From: Fimbriosthenelais zetlandica
Lineage: Eukaryota
Length of the DNA: 64,000 nucleotides
Reading direction: 5' to 3'
Assembly (NCBI GenBank): GCA_977030845.1
Contig: OZ365110.1
Span: forward strand, 18,166,001 to 18,230,000
The position numbers and the translations under genes were made by a program. The notes beneath the pieces were generated by a model that was not told the DNA's origin, searched no databases, and was given only the letters and a program-made list of their open reading frames with translations. Below, in pieces: positions 24,101-37,868 of this stretch; positions within the stretch are counted from its first letter, which is position 1, and the number at the start of each line of letters is the position of its first letter.

Positions 24101-25785
24101 AGAAGTGGATAGAGAGGCAGCATTAGAAAAACTGCTTAAAAAGAAACGTCAGTTCCACTTTTTAGAATGTGATCAAATTATTTTTCATTTTTATTGTCAC
24201 AGCAGTTATAGCTAATACAGTCATGTTTTATAGTCTCAGTACCAATATGGTCTAAATATTCATAAACCATGAACTTTGATATCTGGAAAGTAGAGTATAA
24301 AATAACATGTATGAAACATTTGAACATTGTTAACATTTTTATAGGACGTAAAGGAAAGGCTCCGCAAACGCCGAGGAACCTAAAAGTCCAGAAGGTGGTC
24401 GAAAGTAATGTTGACCCCAGATTGCAGTCGGGTGTTGTGGTGATCAATCCCGATACCTTACAAGAAGTAGAGATAGGTACGTACCCTTTATAAAGGATAG
24501 CGCTTGTACCGGTACCTAATTACAGTCTGTCCCGACTAAGTTGATCCGCAGTACAAATGGTGGTTTTGGATCAACTGTGGATCAGACTGTGATGTATGGC
24601 ATCCCTATATTTACATAAATTTGCATTAATCGAGACAATTAATGGAATAGGCACTGGATACTGTTTTTTCTTCATCATAACCATATCCATGTCAATTTTG
24701 TCATTCCTTTAACTTTTTCCCCAGATTGTGTGAGGTCCCAAGAAACGCTGTCATATCGTGGTCCGAAGTTAGCCTCATTTGATGACCAAGACCCTTTCAT
24801 CTCGACAAAAGCTTTATTACAGCACGCCTTCTCCGCTGGGAAGCTCGTCATTCGTCCACTCCGAAAGAAAAGTAGACAAGTTATAAAAAATGGCACGATG
24901 GTGAGGTTAAAACTAATGCGCTCTTTTCCATATACCAGTATATAAATTACCATTATTTATGACATTCAAATTTTACATTCCGTCCCCGGGTAAATGTGTA
25001 GTTGACATATCCTAAAAAGTGTGTCTATTAGGCCAAATAACTTTGTTTCGGGTCACTCGCAATAATTTTTTTTTCGGGTCGGCAATAATTATTTTAAATA
25101 TATTTTTATCCTGCAAAATCATGTCGGCCGAATTATTTTTGAAACAGTCCTATCTGTATTGTTTATTTTATTTCTTAAACTCTTCACTGCAGGGGAAATC
25201 TTCTCCTTATTAAGCCAAAATTGTTTGTTTGTTTCGGGTTCACAAAATTTAAGGCAAGCGGAGATTTCAATTATTCAGAGGACAGTCGGGGACAATTTTA
25301 TGGGATTTTTTATGACGGTCGGTCGGTAAACAAAGATATTTTTTTATTTCTTTTATTGGTTTCAACTAACGCGCAGACTCCTCTATGTCTTTGTAGCTGT
25401 TTTTCGTGATCCATGGCAAGATTGCTCTCACTCTACACCGCTCATCTGTTATTATGGAATCAGGAGATTTTTTCTTTGTCCCAAGAGGTAAGTGTGAAAT
25501 CTTACTTTTGCTGAATTTGCTCTTTTTTAGACGTGAAGTGGCCTGTACTAATATTAATTCAAAATATTAAGGCTCTTAGAAACTGAATTTACGTTCAGGC
25601 GCTAGCAACAATGTGTCCTTTGTGTGAATTTTATTATAATTGTACATCGCACAAGTTTTATTTTTTATTGTTCAAATTGTTTAAATCTCTTTACAGGAAA
25701 TACATACAGCCTGGAGAACCTTCGAGAGCAGGAGGCTAAACTCCATTTTTGTCATATTAAGGATGGAAGGGACAGTCAAAGATGA
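18193..25785 (+). CDS. CENPC: Centromere protein C (CENP-C/Mif2), about 1227 aa; start exon and one small exon are tentative
   Basis: Exons 18193-18198 (tentative M-Y), 18786-18838, 18933-19024, 19127-19191, 19365-19681, 20040-20081, 20302-22307, 22451-22543, 22633-22746, 22977-23081, 23389-23438, 23571-23619 (tentative), 23768-23881, 24058-24147, 24345-24476, 24725-24900, 25397-25487, 25697-25785. Motifs: N-terminal GRRTG..DGFENFDDYW, CENP-C motif VRRSKRTRVQALDWTRNERIVY followed by SGGFVI, and C-terminal cupin (FSAGKLVI, GDFFFVPRGNTYSLENL). Confidence 0.9.
19800..19820. repeat. (TA)n microsatellite
   Basis: About 10 TA units in a CENP-C intron. Confidence 0.85.
24523..24589. mobile_element. 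Second, degenerate copy of the CAGTCTGTCC MITE family
   Basis: TA|CAGTCTGTCCCGACTAAGTTGATCC ... GGATCAACTGTGGATCAGACTG shares its terminus with 9102-9181. Confidence 0.6.
25028..25335 (+). mobile_element. MITE-like dispersed repeat in a CENP-C intron
   Basis: TTAGGCCAAATAA..TTGTTTCGGGTCAC recurs internally at about 25210-25243. GGTCGGTCGG motif at the end. Homologous to 601-715 in the opposite orientation. Confidence 0.45.
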
Positions 25786-25790
25786 ATAAA
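25785..25790 (+). terminator. CENP-C poly(A) signal overlapping the stop codon (TGAATAAA)
   Basis: Stop TGA at 25783-25785 shares its A with AATAAA. A second AATAAA lies at about 25822. Confidence 0.45.
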
Positions 25791-26434
25791 GAATTGAAAA
25801 AGTTGAGGCAATCCACCAGAAAATAAACGGCAGCTTATTATCATATATTATATTCCTCTAAATTGCTTTGTTTTGCACCGTAAAAAATGGTCTGAAAAAT
25901 ATGGAGGTGAACTACAGTTGGTCTCGTCCCCTTCCTTGACCCTCATTCGAATTCTTAATCTGCATCTAACTTTGGTTGTCATGATTATATACATGTTTAT
26001 TTATTATAATTGTAGTTACTCAATGAATCGCTGTCTATATACTTATACTGCTATGTTACTGTTAGCCTAGGCTGCTCTGTAGTAGGCCCACTGGTAAATA
26101 AAATAATTTTGCTGATGACTTCATTTCAGCAGTAATGGTTTATTTGTAGTTTTTACTAGCGAAGACAAGTCCGTGTTTAGCAACGACAGCTTTTTTCCTA
26201 GTAAGCCACTTGCAGATCAGTAAGCAGGGCGGATTATCCTGTAGGTCTATGCACAGATAATCGAAATTTCCCATTATAAATATCATAGATGTCTATATAA
26301 ATATAACCCAGCGCCAGGCAAAAAGGCGGCTGAAAAAAAGTGGTTCATAAGTTATAGTAAAATGACACCGCTACATTTTGTGGTCCTTTAATTTCAATTA
26401 TTATTTTTAGAAAGAAACAATAAACACCATTATA

Positions 26435-26796
26435 AGGGGGCGACCATTACAATACCAGAATTGGGATGGGGGGGGGGGGGGGGGGGGGGGGGCGGGGGAG
26501 GTTGGGGATTTGGAGTTGTTCTGAAATAAATAATTTTGTAACAATGGATATAAAAATAATACAACATAAATAATGACATAATAATAATAATAATAATACA
26601 ACATAAATAAATAACTTGGGAAGAGACAGTGGTATTAAATATTTTAACTTCAAAGGAGGGTCGAACCCTGGAGGAGGAAATACATTTTTCGAGCCCGTTC
26701 TTGCTATGAAATAAATAAAGTTATCTATCTCTATTTTGAAATAAATAAAATAGGCCAGACATAAATTCCAGGCCCTCCCTTCTAATGGTTGCCCCT
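26435..26796. mobile_element. About 360-bp MITE with AGGGG(G)CRACCATTA terminal inverted repeats
   Basis: Left AGGGGGCGACCATTA at 26435-26449 and right TAATGGTTGCCCCT at 26783-26796, with TA-type flanks. The interior holds a G25 run and a (TAA)n tract. Confidence 0.7.
26468..26492 (+). repeat. G25 homopolymer (G-quadruplex-capable; length may be an assembly artefact)
   Basis: 25 consecutive G. Confidence 0.85.
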
Positions 26797-26904
26797 AGCC
26801 CGAGAAACTCTCCGGTTCTTCCAAGTCTCTCGGGCTTGTCGCCCCCTAACGCCAGACTGGAGTACCAGTCCCGTACCCAAAGGCCATCGTTGGATGTGTC
26901 AAAT

Positions 26905-27005
26905 TGTAACGTGCGTCCCGGCGGAAGTGACCCGGCCATGGCATTGTGGGTCTTGCATCAGCTATGATGGCGGACTCCTTGTAGGCCACATGTTTTGATA
27001 TACAG
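26905..27005 (+). promoter_or_regulatory. EIF2S1 promoter and non-coding first exon
   Basis: ETS/GABP GCGGAAGTG 26921-26929, YY1-type GATGGCGG at about 26967, donor CAG|GTAATC at 27005/27006. Alternative donor AGG|GTGAGT near 27115. Confidence 0.65.
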
Positions 27006-27842
27006 GTAATCTGCCGCGATTATGTCGTAGCTTCTTTTATTTTTACGCTCGAAATACATTCGGTTTAGAAAATAACGATTGAACCCCCCATTTTAACCTA
27101 GAAAATCCGACCAGGGTGAGTTTATACATCCAATGAACCTTTCAAACTGTTTGGAGACCGGTACTCATTCAGTGTCTCACACCCTGTCCTACTCACTGTC
27201 ACTGTGTCACTGTTTGTAGCCTACCTACTCCGACCTACTGTACCGGTACTGAAGTGTCAATTATTAGGCCTATGTCGTAGGCCATTATCTCTTGTTATAT
27301 TTTTCTATTTCCTGAGATATACGGGGATAGTAATTTTGCAAGGAAACTTATTTATATCTGAATTATTGATATTATAAACTTGGTAAAAAGCTAAATATAT
27401 ATTCTATTATTACTATTATAGATTTTTCTAGCCATATTATATACCAGCTGTTTTATACGGTAGGCATTTCGCTATAATCATATGCCATTGCTGATAACAG
27501 ATAAGTGTTTGTTATCTGGTACATTCGATTCCAATATTTCCTCCTCGGGGTTGGCCAGATGGCCTACCACCTGTCATATTCTTCTTCTTTTTTTTGTCTA
27601 TTTTCAAGACCGAAGTCAGAAGTTCAAGGAATTAGTCTATTAAGCCATTTACATTCATGGCATATCTTGTCTTGACTAGGCCTAGACAAAATATTCGTCT
27701 CGGGTCCCATTCCCGCTACCAGAGTGGGGACAGCTATGCAGGCTAGACTAGGACTAATACAATATTGCACAATATCTAAACTAAAGTGTAATGAAGAACC
27801 TGTAGCAATGACTATGTGGCCTGTGTCAGTGTGAAACAGTAG

Positions 27843-30600
<2,758 letters not shown>

Positions 30601-32230
30601 TTTACGACTAATATTGTGCGAAAATATCACTCATCTGAATTGGACAATTGAATAAGCATTATTTTGATCGTCTACTGGACTGGGTTGGTTAGACTTGGGT
30701 TGGGACATGTTGAGTATTCTATTCAAGACGTGTAGTGCATGGAATATTTTATTTTCCAATATCCCAAATAGATAGGCCTAATGAATGCTTTTTATCTATT
30801 ACCGGTATATAAGAAGTCAGATCTTTTCTTACAAAAATTCTTAAACTTTATAAATGTCCACGTCATTATAGTTATGCTATTCCGAAAAATGTATGCTGAA
30901 TAATGTTCGGACCTATAATAAATGAACACCTTTCGAGAAATGAATTATAATATAATTTATATAGCCACCTATTTAGCTATATGTTCGGTTTATTTCATTT
31001 TTTCAATATAACCTGCAAAGATCATTTCAGAAAAAGTATTTGTATGAGCGGACCTGGTGAGGAGTCGGGGCAGAATCAGGAACTAGTACCTTTAGTTGCC
31101 ACGACGTGGCTCACCTGTCGTAGACGCTAAAAATGGTTCGCAATGTTAAAAATAACGATCCACATGCGACCGAAGCAGTTCATGAATTATATTTATCCAA
31201 TGGCTGAAATCTTTAAGGTTTACTTATATAAGCTAATTCTCATACTGGTACACAATTATGGTAAATTTAGGAGATTAAATTAAAATATAATTTAAGTACC
31301 GTATAATGTTGAACAGTTATATTGGGAAAATAAATTGCATTTCTTCATCAATTCCTTCACTGCATTATACAGCCTATATTACCTTATTGAATGTATTGTA
31401 CGATACAATTTAATGGAACTTCTTTTTATTTGACATTTGGCACGGTTGTTTAACCTAGAAATATTGGTCGTGGACAAGAAATCATGAGTAATATGATTTA
31501 AATAGGATTTTATTATCTAAAAAAACTCAAGTTACACTGTAACGGTAGGCCTACCTAGTTTTCAAATAAAAATATATAACACCATCAAAGGGAAGGCAAA
31601 CTTTTTCACAGAGCGAATTTTGTCATCATAGGCCTACTCATAACTTTGCTGACAAGTATTATATTATTGTCAAATGCAACCCTCAATTGTTATTTTTATA
31701 TTATTATATATAAATCATATATTATTTTGTGTAATTCAAATTGAAAATAATATATAGATTGATCTATAATTTAACTAAAAAATGTCCCGGTAATTATTTA
31801 TAAATCCAATTCTGAGCCATTGGAATGCCCACTACTACAACCAAGGGGGCCTCTTCCACTCTCCACCACATCAACATCGTGGACTCGTCCGGTGTTCTGA
31901 CTCATGGATGCCTTGACATGGCCTTGCAGGCGCTCTCTATCTTGGAGCCTGGAGTCCCTATAATGACCTAAATCCTAACCAAAAACACTATGGTTGTAAA
32001 TGTAGCAGTAGCCTTCCAGTTCCATGTTAACCTTTGCATGACTCAATTACAAATATATTTCCATGAAGATCCAGCCGTGGATATATTCAGTCGTTTTAAA
32101 GCCAGCTGAGATTAAAAAGGTGTGGTTTTCATGAGCAAGCAAAATAATATCCCAGTACAATAGATTCGCCTAATGATAGAGGAGGATCAGCACTGCCTTT
32201 CTCCACTGAATCCCAGCAATTAAACCCGCG

Positions 32231-32388
32231 CCGCTACCTCCCCCTAGTGGCGGATCCGCGAACTTCCTTCCCAGCATTCCCCGCATCGGCGCATGCGCAG
32301 AGAGACCATTGCAAATGGCGGCACTTGTTATTGTTCGATGGCGTACTTGAAACATAGGCATAACTGTACGGATTAATATCCCGGGCAG
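32231..32388 (+). promoter_or_regulatory. NCOA6 promoter and first non-coding exon
   Basis: CTCF-like CCACTAGGGGGAG (minus strand, within 32231-32253), NRF1 palindrome GCGCATGCGC 32289-32298, YY1 AAATGGCGGC 32313-32322, strong donor CAG|GTAAGT at 32388/32389. Confidence 0.75.
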
Positions 32389-32699
32389 GTAAGTTTTAAA
32401 ATCATCTAGGATAAGACAGAGAAAGAAGAAGTTTTGATCTATGGGTCAGTGCATCCTGCGTGTCTCAGCATGGAGTACACTTGTAGTTAGCTGTGTTTGA
32501 AAATTACCCACGCCAGCTTGGAATCGCCTCGGAACGAGTCCCAACCTGGAGGTTTTGCACTTGACTTGAGTTCAATACACACTAAAGTTTATGGATTGAA
32601 GTTAAATTATTCTCAAAATTGCGTTCTTCAGAACTGACAAAACAGTTACATAATGTTGTTTCCTAAATCTCAGGCCGAATGGTGCCATAGACAGCATTC

Positions 32700-32800
32700 G
32701 GAAATTTGCTTCATTCGCGTGGGTCCTCAAGATGGCGTATCGGGGAAGGTCGCTCACTCATGAAACTGCTAATTAGTTACGAAAAGTCGGTATTTCCTGC
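32700..32800 (+). promoter_or_regulatory. Possible second NCOA6 start region
   Basis: CpG-containing patch with canonical YY1 CAAGATGGCG at about 32728-32737. Confidence 0.3.
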
Positions 32801-35800
32801 ACATAGGCGATGAGAAGTGGACTTTAACACTTTATTATATAAAGAACTAAGCAATTTAATGTGGTTTGTAAAGTATTTCCCCTGCTTTCGGGAGTTTGAA
32901 TGTCATAAATTGGACACCGATAGGCCAAACCCTCTTAGTCGTCCATTGGAATGACCCCAGTATGGCACTCCGTGACAACTACCAAGTGACACTGACAGTA
33001 TAAAATGCACCAGGGGTGCCCTGTATAGTTAGGGACTGTCCACGTGTGTCCTTTCAAATACTAAATTTCACCCAATATCCCAAGAATATCCTTATAGATG
33101 ATATTCACTGTTGAGATCTATGTATATCTCCCAATAACGAGTTAAAATATTTACCTCCTCAGAGGCCTATCGTTGAGCTACAGCCGTAAGCAGCAACCAA
33201 GTTACAGCTGCCAAAGGGAACCGAGTTAAATTCCTCATTCAATCTGGGGTATTTCTGGGCATAGAACCTTGGTTCAGAATATATATTTATGTATGATGAT
33301 GCTCATGTTCAGAGTATGTTGACGTCCTTGCCTTCGGTCAGAGAGGGGGAGGGGTTTTAGTACCAGTTGCCATGTCTTGACACTCATGCCAATGGCCATT
33401 CCTTGCTTCGAATACACATCCCTCTCCTGATAGGGGTCTATGCAATAAAGGCATGCATTTGTTTGCAAAGTCTAACAACAGATTTTCACTCGTACTAAAT
33501 AGTTTAACATTTCTATTTTCTATAAATGAGGCTTATGTTATCGAACTAGATAGCTGACATGAATGTAGGAACTTTGCCATATCTACCTGTAAGAAAAGAA
33601 TATAATATGGTATCAATCCGTCCAAATTGATTGACAATAATATTACACAAAGGTTGCCCTATGATAGCTATCTATGAAGTGCCTTAAAATCCAAGGCGAT
33701 ATCTCCCAAATGATCACGTTAAATACCTCCAAAAGAGCAACATAAAAACTGCATACAACGAACAAAAAATATTATAGATTAATGTAGATACGGTACTTCA
33801 ATGTCTATATTTCAATGACCTATACTAATAGTCTCAGAGATCACCTCACCCCCTCTTTTCACCCTACTACTCAGTCCTGTTACCAGGCAGGTCGCTGATG
33901 TCTGCATCCTTTTACACAGTCTGAGTCCCTAACAGTTTGGTCTTCTCTGGTCAAATATGGTATTAAAAGGCCATGGCATGTACAGCATTTGTACCAATAC
34001 CCAATACCTGTACGAACTGAAATCTTTTTGGTACAGCCTACAGGGTGTAGGAGGGATCATGCACGTATCCTATCGAGATTAATTGTTTTCGCATCGACCC
34101 CCTTTTGTGAAATTATGTACATCTCGTCTACGTTACATAATGGAATAAGTGTGACATCACTGGTTTAGTTCTGCCTTGGCAATAAAAATACCTAGGCTAG
34201 CCCATCTCCTCCTCATTTCCTTGTTTCAGTGAATGTGACTCTGAGTGATAATTACTCATGTTTCAAACGTGTCCTTGATGGACAACCTTCCAGTTAGTCT
34301 GACCATAGTCAATGATAAATCATTCAATGATCAATAGCCCTGGTGTATTTGCTCATGTGAGGCAACGGAAACTTCAACCCTACAGAGAATGGGGAAAATT
34401 CCCAGGAATGGTAAATTTTCTGCGAATTTCATGTATTAGTTCTGTCAATTTGTACTATTTGTACCTTTTTAAAGACCCCAACCCTTGTAGGCTACAGTAG
34501 TGGCAAGTGCTTCCCCCAAGGTTCCTACAATATAGGGATGAATCCTAAATTCATAATTTCATCTAAATCAATCATTTAAGCAGAATAGCTGCAATTTGTA
34601 CATCAGAATTTAACTGGCGAGGCTGGGGTGAAAATACCTGGACATCCGGTTGCAGTGTTCCATACAGAGGGGGGTACGGGAGGATAAATCACCAGCATAA
34701 ATTGGACAAGGGGGTAAACCCGCTCCCCTTTGCAGAGAATGTTTATTTAAGTACCAATTCTTAGGTTTGAGAGAAATTTTGGCTTTGAGGTAGATGATAG
34801 AAAAACGCGTCGACGGCATTCCTGAAAAAAAATGTTACCCCCACCCCCATGGATTATCCACTCATCAATTATTTCCTTGTGGCAACCCTGCGTTTGTGCT
34901 TACTGACACTGTCATTTACAGGTTTAATAATATAGACCTGTATTAATTTTAAGAAAGTGAATTTGTTCTTGGAATAACGGGAGCGATAACCTGTAAGTTA
35001 TTTGGCAAGATTACTCCAGTCGGTATCTAACTGGGTCTTTTTGGAATCCAAATTCCCAGAAATTAAGGTGCAGAATCTTGAAACGGCCAATAGACCAACA
35101 TCATTCTTTATTATGTGGTCATTTCTCTTGCGAGTTGCCACGTTAGTATTCAGAATTTTCCTCATGAGTAGTATAAGGAAATAGATGTACACAGATGGTA
35201 TGTGGGTTGATGAAAATCTTGACCATTCTGAATTCATAACAACAAATTTGCAGCTAGAATTATTTATTATAATCCTGAGACTTAAAATTCACTTTTGAAG
35301 CAATAGGCCTACTATTCTGTTCCACCTCATATCATTGTGTGATTCCTTAGTTACTTACGGTCGGTGGTAGTGAATCTTTTCTCGTATATATCCAAGTTAG
35401 AAAGGAAGCTTTGTCTTCCATAATGTAAATTGTTCCAGATACGGTTACTTAGACAGTAATTTCTCATATGAGAGCTTAATTTAAACGTGCAAGAAGTAGC
35501 AGATTAAAAGTGTTTCTGATGTGGTATACACTAGTCACTATTCTGCAAATTGTGATGGTGGTCATACAAATTGTGATGGAAGCCTGCCACACAATTAACT
35601 GATTTAGTAATTACTAATAACTCCGGTGACAATAGATCCCATATATACAATGAATTTCTGGCCTATTAGATTTATAGAAGTAAATAAAATGTTTTTAATT
35701 TATTATTGCATTGTATTTAATAATGCACAAAAAAGACCCATTTCATGTAACCTATTCTTTAATAGTCTGGAACTTTAATCGGAAACATAAAAAGAAAGTC

Positions 35801-35844
35801 CTTAAAAGAAAAAGAACAACAGTTAAAACAAAAAAAGCCTTTAA

Positions 35845-36719
35845 CCCTTTAATGCCGACCAATGCATATATGCACTCACGCAAACGTACGAGGAGTGCAT
35901 ATATGCACTCAAACCTGAATTTAGCCAAAGTAGAGCGAGGAATTTGCTTCAATTTGGTGAAAAAATCTTTCGAAAATTCCAATTAGAAGTGAAGATGGAG
36001 CCTTTCAAAGTTAGCCAGATCAAAATTTTAGCGACAAGGCGGATTTCCCAGGAGCCGGGATTTTGAACCAGAAAAATGAAAGAAACTTGAAAATGAAGTT
36101 TTTCATAAAAATAGGAATGGGAATGTTTTTATTCATTATTTTTGTATTTCCTATCCGATTTTTATCATGTAAACTTTATTCAGAAGCTGGGAATCAGGAC
36201 TGGGTCAGAATTATTTAAATTTAATATTTCGAGTGTTTCTGTTGCCATGGCAACGGCAGAATTGTGGCTTATTCCATTTTTACCCCAAAATCGGTTACCA
36301 TGGAAACCAAAATGGCCACTTACAAAATGGTTTTTTTTCTCAAAAAAGTAGTTCATTGAATTAAGTGCAAAAAATTCTGTAGGGGGCAATTTTATGTTTT
36401 TTAAATTTATTCTTTTTATTTTTTTCATTTTTTGCCTTAAATAATTAAATAGAATGGATCTTATTTAATGCGATTTTCTTAAATTCTCCTATATTCAAAT
36501 CATTGTAACTTTTTCTATAATTGGGCCACTGATATAGAGGTTACATGTTTGGACTCAGAAGAACATGCTGAGAATTCGGATATAAAAAGTACAAAGCAAA
36601 GAATAAATTGAAATATTTATCTGAAGTGTCAAAAAGTGGTCAAATGGCTATTTTGAGGGCTATTTCAGGGTCCTCGTATTGTGGGAACAGTAACTAATAT
36701 AGGGCTCGGCATTAAAGGG
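35845..36719. mobile_element. 875-bp non-autonomous piggyBac-type element
   Basis: TTAA target duplication at 35841-35844 and 36720-36723, perfect 14-bp TIRs CCCTTTAATGCCGA / TCGGCATTAAAGGG (CCC...GGG ends), and subterminal TGCATATATGCA repeats including the 18-bp palindrome at 35893-35910. No transposase ORF. Confidence 0.92.
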
Positions 36720-37868
36720 TTAAAGGATCAAAATCTTTAGGAAGAGATGGCTGATTTATTTAATCTCTTATCTCTAGAAAACCTGTTTCATATATTTTAA
36801 ATATTGGGTTATTTTTATGGTCAGTAAATTAGTGTAAATGTAATACCATAACTGTCTGTAATTTTATTATTTAACATGTTAGACTTTGTTTTTTTATAAT
36901 CATCATGGTTCGAGCGTGTGGCCTAAGACAATCCAACCCCATATGATTCTGTTACTATTATAGATAGGTTTCTGGGTAACTATTGTGCTGTTGTTTCTTA
37001 ATAATAATTTAACAGCATATTGATGGCAATACATATACTGTGTTAATAGCTTCATCAAGAGATGTTGGTATCTACAGACAGAGGGCTGTATTGTTTCAAT
37101 AAGACACGTCTATACTACTGAGACTAAGTGCCGGTGACACCAATAAGTCCCTCCACAATACCCTAAACCAGGGCCATCTTGTGAGTAAGATAGGCACTAA
37201 GCTCTGAATGATAAATGACAAGTGGCTGTACACAACAGGCCCATACACGGTCTTGTGAAAACATATATCTCTAATGACTGTTCCCCTCTAACCCTGTTCA
37301 ATACATGTAAATTCACGAATTGAAATGAGTGAATGATTTGCCACCGTTCAGTGATGCTCCTGTAGGGATGTGAGTGGTCATTCATGGGTTCTGATGGGTT
37401 GGCAACTATGTAGGTCAGGAGTGTTTTCCTCGATCACGCCATGGTAAAGCAGACACCATGGTGAAGCCTGGCCATCGTGGCAGTGGTAGGTTCTGGTTGG
37501 TGTTGTGCTCTGCTGGGCTAACAAATATGCTGCATAATCGTAGCTGCACTGCCGATATGAAAATCAATGTTACATAAATGCAGTATTCTAAAAAGTATAG
37601 TCTTTTATTACAGATGTATAGGTCTATTGCGAACGGAATTTATTTCAATGAGTGTGCAGGGAATTTCAGAAATGTTCAGTTATGGTTTCTCATAATTTAT
37701 TGAACTTTCCAGTATCTTCCTCTCCCCCACATGGTCATATATTTTACCAATTGTTTCTTACCTAGAATTCTTCTGTATACAAACTTTCTTTGGTAAAGTG
37801 TCATTTATTTTATGAATATGAGAAATTTATGCTGGTCCTTTTTTTTCTTTTTCAGGATTGTACCCACC

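Noticed and set aside
31045-31160. GC-richer patch as a tRNA-derived SINE
   Set aside because: No proper A/B boxes or cloverleaf.
33150-35360. Minus-strand splice-like signals suggesting an antisense transcript in NCOA6 intron 1
   Set aside because: CCTGTAAG reads as a donor on one strand and an acceptor on the other. No coherent exon chain or ORF emerged.
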